Virus record (IMG/VR): IMGVR_UViG_3300045988_042533
Span: 1 to 64,000 of that record
DNA from: a virus
Direction: 5' to 3' (one strand)
Length of the DNA stretch: 64,000 nucleotides
Part shown: positions 47,127 to 56,550 of the stretch, one piece after another
Layout: every line of letters begins with the position of its first letter
How positions within the stretch are numbered: position 1 is the first letter of the stretch
Program-made: the position numbers and the translations under genes
Notes under the pieces: generated by a model
Database searches by the model: none
Told to the model about the DNA's origin: nothing
What the model saw: the letters and a program-made list of their open reading frames with translations, nothing else

Positions 47127-48242
47127 TTAGGCAAATGTATAGCTACCAGTAGCAGTAGCAGGAGTTTTTTGCATATAAACATTATAATTAGTTCCATTAA
47201 CAGTAACTGCTGTAAGTTTTGAATAACCACTAAAACCTTGGAAGCCATTACCATCCTTAATAGAAGTCAAATCTCCAAAATATGCTGGATAAGCATAAAC
47301 AAGTTTTTGGTTAGATTGAGTAATAGATACTGTTCTATTTTTAGAATTAATTACTGCTTTATTACCTAGCTTTATAATTTCAGCAGCAGTCAATGAAGCT
47401 TTATTAGCATCAACTACTCCACAATAACTAGCATGAACAAATGTAACAGTACATGTTTTTGTCTTAGTAGTTGAATCAGCTATTGCTGTAAGAGTGAAAG
47501 TAACAACTTTCCTATCAGTTCCCGATGTTACATTTTCTTTAGGTATACTAAATGATTGTGTTTTAGTACCAACTGCTGGTGTAGCAGAACCTGTATAAGC
47601 TCCAGTTCCGGCAACTTTTTGACTTGTAACTCTATGGAAATCTTCATTAGAGAAATTCCAACTAAGATTAACTACATTATCAGTACCAAGCTCAGCTACA
47701 TCAGGTTTAACACTAATCCATGAAATATCGAATGGATAACGATTAGCAAGTTTTGTAAGAATAGCTTTATCGGCAGCACTCATAGCACCAGCAGCAGAAG
47801 TTGTGGCAGAAGGAATACTTATACTAGAAATAGCACTATTTTTAGTAACATTAATTTTTATATTACTAGCATCATTATTTCCTGCTGCAACTCCATTAAC
47901 AGTATCTGCTTTCTTACTATAAGCAGTCAAATCTACTTCAGCTTGGAAGTCGCCAAGTTTCTCCCACTTAGTAGCATCATAATTTGAAGTATGTGCTGTT
48001 TCATCTACAACTATAGGAAGAATACCTGTATAAACATATTCAGCGTACCTATTCTTTGCTACACCTGAAGCAGCAGGTTCAGGAACAAGATAAATATGCT
48101 TACCTATATTTGTAGTAGGAAGCTTAGATATATCGGTAAGGACTTCTACGAAAGTATTATCAATCTCACCTTTTTTAATAAACTTATTGTTAATGTTAGT
48201 AACAAGAGTTTTTAAACCATCTAAATCAAGATATTGAGCCAT
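47127..48242 (-). CDS. tail fibre protein (371 aa)
   Basis: N-terminal LDLDGLKTLVTNINNKF, then a HIYLVP...YAEYVY...WEKLGDF module shared with the 714-aa fibre. Confidence 0.75.
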   Translation of the reverse strand: MAQYLDLDGLKTLVTNINNKFIKKGEIDNTFVEVLTDISKLPTTNIGKHIYLVPEPAASGVAKNRYAEYVYTGILPIVVDETAHTSNYDATKWEKLGDFQAEVDLTAYSKKADTVNGVAAGNNDASNIKINVTKNSAISSISIPSATTSAAGAMSAADKAILTKLANRYPFDISWISVKPDVAELGTDNVVNLSWNFSNEDFHRVTSQKVAGTGAYTGSATPAVGTKTQSFSIPKENVTSGTDRKVVTFTLTAIADSTTKTKTCTVTFVHASYCGVVDANKASLTAAEIIKLGNKAVINSKNRTVSITQSNQKLVYAYPAYFGDLTSIKDGNGFQGFSGYSKLTAVTVNGTNYNVYMQKTPATATGSYTFA

Positions 48243-48257
48243 AAATTTAATAGTTAA

Positions 48258-49121
48258 TTAATTAAACATGTTATCTATTTCATCGTTATTTATACTAGCT
48301 GCTTCTAGTTCAGTAGCACTAACTTCTACAAGAGCTGAACCATTCCAACGATAAATCTTATCTGTAGATTTATCTACAAACATTTTACCTGCAAGTGGAA
48401 CAAAACTATCATCTGAATAATTATCTCTACCTTCCCAATTATTGTAATATTTAGCTGTACTTAAACCAGAAGATTCAAAATTAACAAGTAGAGCAAATTG
48501 ATTTGCAGAAGAAACATATACTACTGTACCTTCTCCAATGTGAGATGCTTGTAGAACATTAGCTTGTTCTACAATACTAGCAAATTCTACAACATCGTCT
48601 ACATAACTAGGTAGTTGAGAAGCCTTGACTTTACCATCATCACCAAGAGTTACAGCTGTACTTTTAAGTTCGTTAATCTGTTTACTCAAAGCACCTATTA
48701 CAGTAAGTATTGTAGCATCTACAAAAGGTTCCCATTTACTCCAAGTACCTGCTTCATTAGTTAAATCTTGAGCTGCTATATTATAATTTCTATAACATTG
48801 ATATATTTCCTTATGACTATGACTATTTCTAAAATCAAAGTCTTTAGTAGAACTGTTATAAGAACAATGAGTTGTAAGTATTTGTGTAATAACATGTGAT
48901 GCACTATCGCTAAATACTTGCATTATACCAATAATTACACTAGGAGTATTATCAGAAGTTACAGCATAGATTACAGGTTTACCTTCGTAACAATGCTCTT
49001 TAGTATTTATAGTATCTATTTGACTAACTCTTATAGATGGTATACCATTGCCTGAAAACTCAGTCTTTAGTTTAGTTATAAGATGTTGAAGACCATTACT
49101 ATCCAAAAATTTATTTGCCAT
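48258..49121 (-). CDS. tail fibre protein (287 aa)
   Basis: N-terminal FLDSNGLQHLITKLKTEF. Near the C-terminus lie DKIYRWNGSALVEV and the terminal NNDEIDNMFN. Confidence 0.75.
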   Translation of the reverse strand: MANKFLDSNGLQHLITKLKTEFSGNGIPSIRVSQIDTINTKEHCYEGKPVIYAVTSDNTPSVIIGIMQVFSDSASHVITQILTTHCSYNSSTKDFDFRNSHSHKEIYQCYRNYNIAAQDLTNEAGTWSKWEPFVDATILTVIGALSKQINELKSTAVTLGDDGKVKASQLPSYVDDVVEFASIVEQANVLQASHIGEGTVVYVSSANQFALLVNFESSGLSTAKYYNNWEGRDNYSDDSFVPLAGKMFVDKSTDKIYRWNGSALVEVSATELEAASINNDEIDNMFN

Positions 49122-49132
49122 ACTTATATCTA

Positions 49133-49264
49133 TTATTTATTAAACATGTTATCTATTTCTTCATTATTAATAGTATCTATAGTAATATCATCACTATCGA
49201 CACTAACTTTAAATGGGGACATTTTAGTTCCAATTCTTTCATATAATTGTTTTACTACTTTCAT
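49133..49264 (-). CDS. unlisted 43-aa ORF sharing the fibre C-terminal EIDNMFN tag
   Basis: Hand translation gives MKVVKQLYERIGTKMSPFKVSVDSDDITIDTINNEEIDNMFNK. It fills the 148-nt gap between 49121 and 49270. Its last ~36 nt nearly duplicate 48258-48296. Confidence 0.5.
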   Translation of the reverse strand: MKVVKQLYERIGTKMSPFKVSVDSDDITIDTINNEEIDNMFNK

Positions 49265-49269
49265 ATCAA

Positions 49270-49761
49270 CTACTTTTTAATATAAACCCTATGTTGCTTA
49301 TACTTTTCAAGCCACTCTTTATATTTATCATAAGTAGACTTGTTAGCAGTAAATGTAACAGCATTATTTATAATTGTACCATTTACTTTTATAGCACCAT
49401 CAGGAGTTATAGTGTATTGAAAACTTGTATCGTTTATATTCTTATCTATCAAGTCAATTTGCTTATCAACATATTCTTTAAACAATGTTGCTCTAGCAAA
49501 ATCTTCTGAAGCATAAGCTGCACAAGCAGATTGAAAAACATTCCAACAATTAAAAACTATACTACCGTCACCTTTACAAGAAAAAGAACAATCATCTAGA
49601 ATATGTTTACCATAATCAGCAACAAATACTAGAAGTTTGCGATAAGTTGGAATCCAACTAGCTGGAATAGTAAGATAACAAACATCAGAATCTACAACAT
49701 AATCTTGCTCTTGTTCACCAATAGTATAAACTTCATTATAATTTCTATCTATATTATTCAT
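49270..49761 (-). CDS. hypothetical protein (163 aa)
   Basis: ORF in the fibre cassette. No motif recognised. Confidence 0.7.
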   Translation of the reverse strand: MNNIDRNYNEVYTIGEQEQDYVVDSDVCYLTIPASWIPTYRKLLVFVADYGKHILDDCSFSCKGDGSIVFNCWNVFQSACAAYASEDFARATLFKEYVDKQIDLIDKNINDTSFQYTITPDGAIKVNGTIINNAVTFTANKSTYDKYKEWLEKYKQHRVYIKK

Positions 49762-49765
49762 ATCA

Positions 49766-49990
49766 TCAAATATTAAATGTTATATTACTGATATTGTTTA
49801 TATGATTATCGTTTAGCATTACAACATTATCATAACAATGTTTAAGCATCTGTATAATACTAAGTTTGATAACTTTACTTCTATTTACAACATATCCTTT
49901 TTCTTCAAGAACGTTTATAGTTTTAACTATTTGTTCTTCTTTATCACATAAAGAGTCAATAGATTTCGTTATTTCGACATTATTAATCAT
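49766..49990 (-). CDS. hypothetical small protein (74 aa)
   Basis: Short ORF, tightly packed between neighbours. Confidence 0.55.
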   Translation of the reverse strand: MINNVEITKSIDSLCDKEEQIVKTINVLEEKGYVVNRSKVIKLSIIQMLKHCYDNVVMLNDNHINNISNITFNI

Positions 49991-50002
49991 AAGAACATCT
50001 TA

Positions 50003-50623
50003 TTAATTAAATACTTTATTGCTAACATAAACAGAATGTTCATCAAATATTATACTAAGTTTATTACCTATTTGTCCAATACGAACAATAGGTTCTTGTC
50101 CGTTATATATAATATTCAAACATTCTTTTGTTAAATCATCTATCCAATCTTCTTTTAATTTAGTAGAAACATTAATTGAATCAATTTCGTAAGCTGAAAG
50201 AATGTTATAAAGTCTATAATATTCAGTACTAACAAGTTTAAACAAATTCTCTTTAATAAGTTCTTTGTTCTTATCTACATTATTATGTATTATAACTTCA
50301 GTACAATGCCTTTCTATAACAACTCTAAAACTATCAAATGCTATCTCTATAACATTTTTAAGTTTAGCTCTTTCTTTACTATCAGCATCTTGAAAAGTTT
50401 TATCTAAAACTTGATTAAGTTTGACTACATTCTCGCTAACTTGTTGAATAGCTTGAGCCATTTGAACAATAGGCTTATTTCTATTCTTAGCTTTAAAAAG
50501 GTCAACAAGTCTAATTATCAAAGTATAAGCAATAAATACTCCACTAGAAATTAGAACTGTAATATAAGATGAATCTTTAACTGCTTGTCCAACTATTTGA
50601 TTAACTGTTTGAAGTTCATCCAT
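50003..50623 (-). CDS. hypothetical protein with N-terminal TM segment (206 aa)
   Basis: Hydrophobic stretch SSYITVLISSGVFIAYTLIIRLV near the N-terminus. It is the first gene after the hairpin at 50639-50672. Confidence 0.7.
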   Translation of the reverse strand: MDELQTVNQIVGQAVKDSSYITVLISSGVFIAYTLIIRLVDLFKAKNRNKPIVQMAQAIQQVSENVVKLNQVLDKTFQDADSKERAKLKNVIEIAFDSFRVVIERHCTEVIIHNNVDKNKELIKENLFKLVSTEYYRLYNILSAYEIDSINVSTKLKEDWIDDLTKECLNIIYNGQEPIVRIGQIGNKLSIIFDEHSVYVSNKVFN

Positions 50624-50638
50624 ACTATTATAATTAAA

Positions 50639-50672
50639 ATACTAGCTCCCCCGTAGAAGAGGTTGCTAGTAT
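50639..50672 (-). terminator. hairpin (ATACTAGC/GCTAGTAT) carrying GC-box copy M in its loop
   Basis: 8-bp stem at 50639-50646 / 50665-50672. The loop contains CCCCCGTAGAAG (50648-50659). The minus strand then reads ATTTTAATTAT. It sits between the stop at 50684 and the start at 50623. Confidence 0.5.
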
Positions 50673-50683
50673 TTGATTATATA

Positions 50684-51526
50684 TTATTGAAGCCCGAAAG
50701 CAGTTTTAATAGCTTCAGCATTAGCAGTCAGAACAGCTATATGAACTAGCTGATTAACTGTCTCTGTATTAAGCTGACGACCATACTTTCTATCATTTGA
50801 GAAACGAAGTGTAATGATTGTATACTTACCTTCAGGAACATTCATTGGATAACCTGGATAAATACTAGCACCATCACGATAAGTATTATCAAATCCACGG
50901 TTCTGAGCACACATAGAAGCAAGCTGACGAACATAAGCTGCATCACATGTAGGAGCTGCTGCACGAGTATTCTCTACAGTAGCAATACTATAAAGGTCAT
51001 CACCTGCACTAACTTCCCACTCAGTATAATCACCTGCTTTAGCACTTATTGTTAGTACTCCATCAGCATAAGCTACAGTAAGACCAAATTGAGCTTCATC
51101 AAGCTTTTGGGTAAGTTGTTTCTTCAACTCATTACCAAGCTTATCTTGAGTATTAATCTTATCACTACCTGTTGTAGTAACACTCCATTGATTACGCTCA
51201 TGGAAATGCATACCAAGTTTAGTAAGAACTACTGTGAAATCTAATCCATTAGATACTAAATCATCAGCAGGAAGATTGACTTTTCCTACAAATGTTGCAG
51301 GAGCATACTTATCTGTTTGTTCAGCTGAAGACCTAACTTTAAGATGAGATACATCTACAGGAATTGTAATAGCATTTGAATCTTTACGACCAAGAGCTAG
51401 AACAAAATCCTTATCTCCAATGGTAGTAATATACTTACCATCATCTGGAGTATAAATACCAAGCTGACCATCAGCAGGAGCTGAAGTAGCCAAAGCAGGA
51501 TTTGTAACTATAAGTAATTGTTTCAT
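50684..51526 (-). CDS. virion (capsid-block) protein, 280 aa
   Basis: ORF with noticeably higher G+C and A/T/G-rich beta-type composition. It lies in the block after the major capsid gene. Confidence 0.75.
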   Translation of the reverse strand: MKQLLIVTNPALATSAPADGQLGIYTPDDGKYITTIGDKDFVLALGRKDSNAITIPVDVSHLKVRSSAEQTDKYAPATFVGKVNLPADDLVSNGLDFTVVLTKLGMHFHERNQWSVTTTGSDKINTQDKLGNELKKQLTQKLDEAQFGLTVAYADGVLTISAKAGDYTEWEVSAGDDLYSIATVENTRAAAPTCDAAYVRQLASMCAQNRGFDNTYRDGASIYPGYPMNVPEGKYTIITLRFSNDRKYGRQLNTETVNQLVHIAVLTANAEAIKTAFGLQ

Positions 51527-51553
51527 ATTAATAAAAGTTTAAATAAATTATTG

Positions 51554-52444
51554 TTATTGAGCTGCTTGAGAATCATCACCTTGACGATAATTATTTCTCA
51601 TAGCTTCTTGTTGTTGAGCACGTTCTTTAGCTTGAGCAGATAATAGACTACCACTAATACTAGCATGATACAAATCTACTGCACGCTTTACAATATCTCC
51701 ATGAAGATATTCAGGCAAGTTGCAATTAACATTAGAACTTCCTACATCTTCACTATATTTAACTGTAGCAGGTTTAGCTACATAAGATATTCTAAGATTA
51801 GACGGTATTACTCCATTAGGAATATTACTTCGACCATTCTTTTTTCTATCTATATATATCCTTATTCTAATATGTCCTTCTTGCCTATTAACAAGATGAG
51901 CTATAGGACTTCTAAAAGATGGACCAAGAATAAAATCATTTAAAGCATCTGCAATATATATATCATCAATAATTCTAACAGGAAACCAATCAGTTTTAAG
52001 CCTTGTATTTCCCTCATTCCTACCTGAATAGTAATTGATATTGAAATCACAAATATACATATAATCAGAAGGAATTGCAGTTGGTTCAATTTGAGGTTTT
52101 TCACTACAAGTAATATCAAACTCAAATCCTGTAGTCATGACAGTATTTATAGATGATACTCCACCGTTTAAGATAAAGCCTCCATCACTTTTAGTATTGA
52201 ATATTGACACTTCAGTATCTTTATATAAAGTACTAAGAGCGTTTATTTGTCCAATCTTAGAATTATCAGTAATAACTCTATCATTAGTTCCAGCTATATT
52301 TCTCTTAATGATTTCATTAACTACATCAATGATAGCTGTGTTCAACAACAAGTCTATTTGTTCAGGCAGAATAGCACGAACATTCTGCATACCCATCTGT
52401 TGAGCTAATTGCCTAAACATTATGTGCATATCTGCTATATTCAT
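51554..52444 (-). CDS. virion (capsid-block) protein, 296 aa
   Basis: ORF in the capsid block. No motif recognised. Confidence 0.75.
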   Translation of the reverse strand: MNIADMHIMFRQLAQQMGMQNVRAILPEQIDLLLNTAIIDVVNEIIKRNIAGTNDRVITDNSKIGQINALSTLYKDTEVSIFNTKSDGGFILNGGVSSINTVMTTGFEFDITCSEKPQIEPTAIPSDYMYICDFNINYYSGRNEGNTRLKTDWFPVRIIDDIYIADALNDFILGPSFRSPIAHLVNRQEGHIRIRIYIDRKKNGRSNIPNGVIPSNLRISYVAKPATVKYSEDVGSSNVNCNLPEYLHGDIVKRAVDLYHASISGSLLSAQAKERAQQQEAMRNNYRQGDDSQAAQ

Positions 52445-52456
52445 AACTCAAACTAT

Positions 52457-53662
52457 TTAGATTAACTTCAATTTATTCTCATACATAACCTTAACTGAAT
52501 TGTTATTTGGATTATTGAAATAAGCAACAGCTTCATTAAGATTTGCTCCAATAAATCCACCATCAGCAGTAGTTATTTGTTGATTGTAAGTAGAACGAAT
52601 AAGTTCACCACGTACTATCAAAGTTTCAATAAACGCTTTAAGAACTACATTCTTGTCATTAACAAACTTATTAAACTTATCAGGATTAAGATTAGCATAA
52701 TCCATAAGTTCTGTAGTCTGTCTAATCTTATCTTTGTTAAGAGCAGCAGCAATATTCTGATTAGAAGCTTTGCATACTGCAAGATAAACAGCTTGGAATC
52801 TAGATGGTGAAGCATCAAGTTCAACTATATTACGTAAAGCAATCTTACGCTCTTCAACAAGCTTCTTTTTACGAGCTTCTTCTCTAGCCAAATCTTTAAT
52901 ATAAAATCTAAGATTTTGATTACCATTAATAAATATAGGGTCTTTAGCAACTTCACTATAAAGAATACAATGACGATACAAAATATACTCTTCAAGATTT
53001 ACAGGATAACCATATTTATATTTAGTACTTTCAAGTATATCAAGTTCTTTATCACGTTTAACAGCTCCTTTATAAAGTTCATCTAGATTATTTTTAGGAA
53101 TTCGATTATAAGCTGCAAGTATCTTGTCTTCTTTCTCTTTAATATCAAGATAATCAGACTTGTGATAATAAACAAAACTTGTATCAAGTTTAGCATCGCC
53201 ACCTGTAATAGTAAACTGAATATTACTTAGATAAGATTTTACTCTACTTATAAAATCATTATGAGTAGGACTAATACCTAGAAGACTCGGGAAATATGCT
53301 TCAATTTCACCCTTATGACCCATAAGAGTTCTAGTAGAACGAACAGAACTTCCTATTGTAGCTTTAACTGGACCAAGACTAGCCATATTAACTCTACGAT
53401 AATTAGAATAATTACTAACAAGAGAAACAATTATAGTTCTATTATCAGTATATTCTTCATCTAAATCTTCTTCAAAGAACTCTTCAGCAGGAGTTTCCTC
53501 AGGAGTTTCTACAGGATTCTCATCAGGAGTTTCTACAGAATCATTAGGTTCTTTAATCTCTTTTTCTTCTACTTTGCTTTCTCCTGAATTACTTTTGTCT
53601 TCAGGTTTTATCTGAGGTTTATTAGGACCTCCTCCACTAAATGTTGGATTAAATTCAGTCAT
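52457..53662 (-). CDS. virion (capsid-block) protein with acidic Pro/Glu-rich N-terminus, 401 aa
   Basis: N-terminal SVETPDENPVETPEETPAEEFFEEDLDEE, immediately downstream of the major capsid gene. A gene-start box lies 12 nt upstream. Confidence 0.75.
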   Translation of the reverse strand: MTEFNPTFSGGGPNKPQIKPEDKSNSGESKVEEKEIKEPNDSVETPDENPVETPEETPAEEFFEEDLDEEYTDNRTIIVSLVSNYSNYRRVNMASLGPVKATIGSSVRSTRTLMGHKGEIEAYFPSLLGISPTHNDFISRVKSYLSNIQFTITGGDAKLDTSFVYYHKSDYLDIKEKEDKILAAYNRIPKNNLDELYKGAVKRDKELDILESTKYKYGYPVNLEEYILYRHCILYSEVAKDPIFINGNQNLRFYIKDLAREEARKKKLVEERKIALRNIVELDASPSRFQAVYLAVCKASNQNIAAALNKDKIRQTTELMDYANLNPDKFNKFVNDKNVVLKAFIETLIVRGELIRSTYNQQITTADGGFIGANLNEAVAYFNNPNNNSVKVMYENKLKLI

Positions 53663-53674
53663 ATCTCTATTGTT

Positions 53675-53686
53675 ATTAGTTTAAAT
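53675..53686 (-). promoter_or_regulatory. gene-start box (ATTTAAACTAAT, 12 nt before ATG 53662)
   Basis: Perfect 12-mer abutting the stop codon of the capsid gene. Confidence 0.45.
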
Positions 53687-55158
53687 TAAAGTACGCACTT
53701 GAGTTGGAACATCTTAGTAGTCTTATCTACTTGCAGACCGTATGAGTTCTTAACTTCATAACGTGAAGCATCAACATCAGTTGAAAGAACATTAGTTGGG
53801 AATCCACCCCATGAAGCAGGAATTGGAGTAAGACCTTTATATACACCAGCGTTATAAATCTGACCCTTTTGACGAACCTTACGAACATTACGACGACCGT
53901 CATAAGTAGACATATCAATAAGGAATGCTTGATGAGATGTAATAGGAAGACCAGTACGAGGATGAATCATACCATTAGACTTAGCGTTCTCAGCAAATGT
54001 TCCCTTATCAAGAAGTGGAAGATGCTTCATAGTAATTACGTGACCATCAACAGTTTTATATTGACGGAAGTATTTACCATAAGAAAGACCATCACCTGAA
54101 GTCTCAATCATCTTATCACCAAGAGGAGTTACAAATCCTTCAGAACGAGCATCATTACGAATAGCACGGTCAAAGTCTTGCATAAATCCTTTACCAGCAC
54201 AAAGAATAACTTCCATAGAACCAGTATCAGTATCTTTGTCAAGAACATCACCTACAGTACGCTCAAGTTTATTAAGAGTAAGTTCCTCACCATAAGTATC
54301 ATAGTTACTCTCACGGCAAATCTCTTCCATACCTGCTGTATGAGGAATAGGTTGTCCATTATCAGGGTCAACAAGAGTAATTTCACCATTCACAGTCTTA
54401 TTATATTGAGCAAACCAAAGACGTTCCTCGTCCATAATACGACATTGAATGTCAAACTGACGCATTTCCTCATTAATCCAAAGGTTAGTAGTACCACCAC
54501 CCTTAGTCTTAAACTCATAAGTAACTACAGTGTTACTAATATTACCAGCAATCTCTTTAGAATAACGGTGGAACTCAAGTTGAGAAGTCATCTTACCAGG
54601 TCCCATAACATTACTACGATTACCCTTAGAATAACTTTGAGGAATAGTAGGAGCAGTCAAAGACCAATAAGCACCAACTTTTAGATTGTCAGCAGAAACA
54701 TAAGCATTTGGATTAGGAGTTGTAAGACGAAGACGATAAAGATAACCACCATTTGGTCCTTCACCGAGGTCTTTCATAATACGAACTTGAGTAATACCAT
54801 CAGGAGCAATCAAACCATATTGCTCAATAAACCAATGAGTCTTAAACTCAACATCAAACATTACACCACCTTGTCCAACATTACCTGTTGCAGAACAAGC
54901 AAGAACTTGGTCATTAAACTTCATACGACCCATAGTCTTCCATGTCCAATCAACAGTATCAATATCTACTACACCAGCAGAACCTTGACCTTCAGTAAGG
55001 AATGTCAAAGGGAATCTATCATCATCCATACCATAAGTATAGGTGAGAGTAGAGTTAATCTCAGCAGGTTTGGTAAGCATTAGATGAGCAATAGTCTCCT
55101 CATTAGAGTAACCTCTATCATCATAATTACCACGTTGTACTTCTCTAAGTTTATACAT
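53686..55158 (-). CDS. probable major capsid protein
   Basis: 490 aa, with elevated G+C and strongly biased codon use. Size and position (TerL - portal - one gene - this ORF) match crAss-like major capsid genes. No search was run. Confidence 0.65.
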   Translation of the reverse strand: MYKLREVQRGNYDDRGYSNEETIAHLMLTKPAEINSTLTYTYGMDDDRFPLTFLTEGQGSAGVVDIDTVDWTWKTMGRMKFNDQVLACSATGNVGQGGVMFDVEFKTHWFIEQYGLIAPDGITQVRIMKDLGEGPNGGYLYRLRLTTPNPNAYVSADNLKVGAYWSLTAPTIPQSYSKGNRSNVMGPGKMTSQLEFHRYSKEIAGNISNTVVTYEFKTKGGGTTNLWINEEMRQFDIQCRIMDEERLWFAQYNKTVNGEITLVDPDNGQPIPHTAGMEEICRESNYDTYGEELTLNKLERTVGDVLDKDTDTGSMEVILCAGKGFMQDFDRAIRNDARSEGFVTPLGDKMIETSGDGLSYGKYFRQYKTVDGHVITMKHLPLLDKGTFAENAKSNGMIHPRTGLPITSHQAFLIDMSTYDGRRNVRKVRQKGQIYNAGVYKGLTPIPASWGGFPTNVLSTDVDASRYEVKNSYGLQVDKTTKMFQLKCVL

Positions 55159-55180
55159 AATAACTTTAATTTAATTAATA

Positions 55181-55192
55181 ATTAGTTTAAAT
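55181..55192 (-). promoter_or_regulatory. gene-start box (ATTTAAACTAAT, 22 nt before ATG 55158)
   Basis: Perfect 12-mer abutting the stop codon of the 452-aa ORF, upstream of the capsid gene. Confidence 0.45.
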
Positions 55193-56550
55193 TAATCAAA
55201 TACTAAATCGTTAGCATTGAACTTATTATTAGTTGGCTTTGTTATACGCACAGTTCCATTAGTACCTTGTTGTCTGGATTTAAGTTTAAGGACTTTAACT
55301 TGATTCTCCTTAATTGCCATATCAACAATATCTTTATAAGTACCACCTGTAAACAGAAGCCAATTATTAATCATATTCATTTCCACTTGCTTTTCAAATG
55401 GAAGTTTGTTGAACAACATTTCAGCAGCAGAACTATAAGCATTACCTTCTTCGTCACTAACAGGTCTAGAAACAAAGTTATAAAAGTCATCTAGATTAAC
55501 TGTTACTTTCTGACCATTAACTTCTTTAACGAAAGTTTCAGGAAGAGAATATTGACCAATAGTTCTACCTTTAATCAAATTGTTTATATAGTTATAATAT
55601 TTATTAGCACTCTCAATTTCAGCTTCTTCTTGAGCTTTAGCTTGCTGAGCCATTTGCTCACGAACTTGTTTATCTTTCTCTTGAAGAGCTTCAAGACAAC
55701 TTTTAGCTTCATCATAAAGAGCACCACTATCTTTAAGATATTTAATATAATTCTCATTAACAGACTTATTACCAAACTCTTGAGCTGCCATAAGAATTAT
55801 ATTCTGCTGTTGAACTTCATTATCTTTATCAAGCTCAACTCCACTTCTATCAGGAACTTCACCAAAACCTTTAGCATTACCATGTATAGTAATATAATCA
55901 ATAAATGACTTAACTAGAGGATTATCATTATAAATTCTAGTATAAGCAGCTTGTTCAGCCTCAGCATAAGAATTAGCAATTACATCACTAACATAAGCTT
56001 TTATTCCATTAACATCATCTGTATATTCAATAGGATTACCATCTTCTCCTGTTATCTCAAGACCAACAGCTTTCTGAATATTAGCAAGGTTAAGTTCTGT
56101 ATCATCACCCTCTTCAACTTCAAGAGATTTAATCCAATCTTGAACATCAGCGGCAGCTTTAAATACATTGTTGTTTGCATCAACCAAATCACCGTTTTCA
56201 GCAACAGTATAAACTTGACCATCAAATTCAACTTGAGAACCAACTTCTAGCTCCCCCGTAGAAGTATCTTGGTTGCCATTATCTCCATGCTGTTGTTGAC
56301 CTTGTTGTTGTTGACCTTGGTTGCCATTATCACCACCATTGTTATCACCATTATTGTTATTATCTGGCTGACTAACTGGAGGATTTGTTGGAGGAGGTGT
56401 AGGCTGATTGTTATTCTGAGCATTAATATCAGCAGCTCCATTATTACCTCCGTTAATATCGGGAGCATTCATAGGATTCTTATCATTTGGTGCAGCTTGA
56501 CCACCATTATTAGAAGGTTGCTGATTTGTACCATCAAAATCTATCTCCAT
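55192..56550 (-). CDS. capsid-assembly-block protein with N/Q/G/P-rich N-terminus (scaffold or decoration candidate)
   Basis: 452 aa. It has about 95 aa of low-complexity N/Q/G/P and a later coiled-coil-like EALQEKDKQVREQMAQQAKAQEEAEIE. It lies between the portal and capsid genes. Confidence 0.7.
   Translation of the reverse strand: MEIDFDGTNQQPSNNGGQAAPNDKNPMNAPDINGGNNGAADINAQNNNQPTPPPTNPPVSQPDNNNNGDNNGGDNGNQGQQQQGQQQHGDNGNQDTSTGELEVGSQVEFDGQVYTVAENGDLVDANNNVFKAAADVQDWIKSLEVEEGDDTELNLANIQKAVGLEITGEDGNPIEYTDDVNGIKAYVSDVIANSYAEAEQAAYTRIYNDNPLVKSFIDYITIHGNAKGFGEVPDRSGVELDKDNEVQQQNIILMAAQEFGNKSVNENYIKYLKDSGALYDEAKSCLEALQEKDKQVREQMAQQAKAQEEAEIESANKYYNYINNLIKGRTIGQYSLPETFVKEVNGQKVTVNLDDFYNFVSRPVSDEEGNAYSSAAEMLFNKLPFEKQVEMNMINNWLLFTGGTYKDIVDMAIKENQVKVLKLKSRQQGTNGTVRITKPTNNKFNANDLVFD
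56249..56264 (+). repeat. GC-box copy N (AGCTCCCCCGTAGAAG)
   Basis: Inside the 452-aa ORF, translated TSTGEL. The local hairpin CTTCTA...TAGAAG puts the C-run in the loop. Confidence 0.9.
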
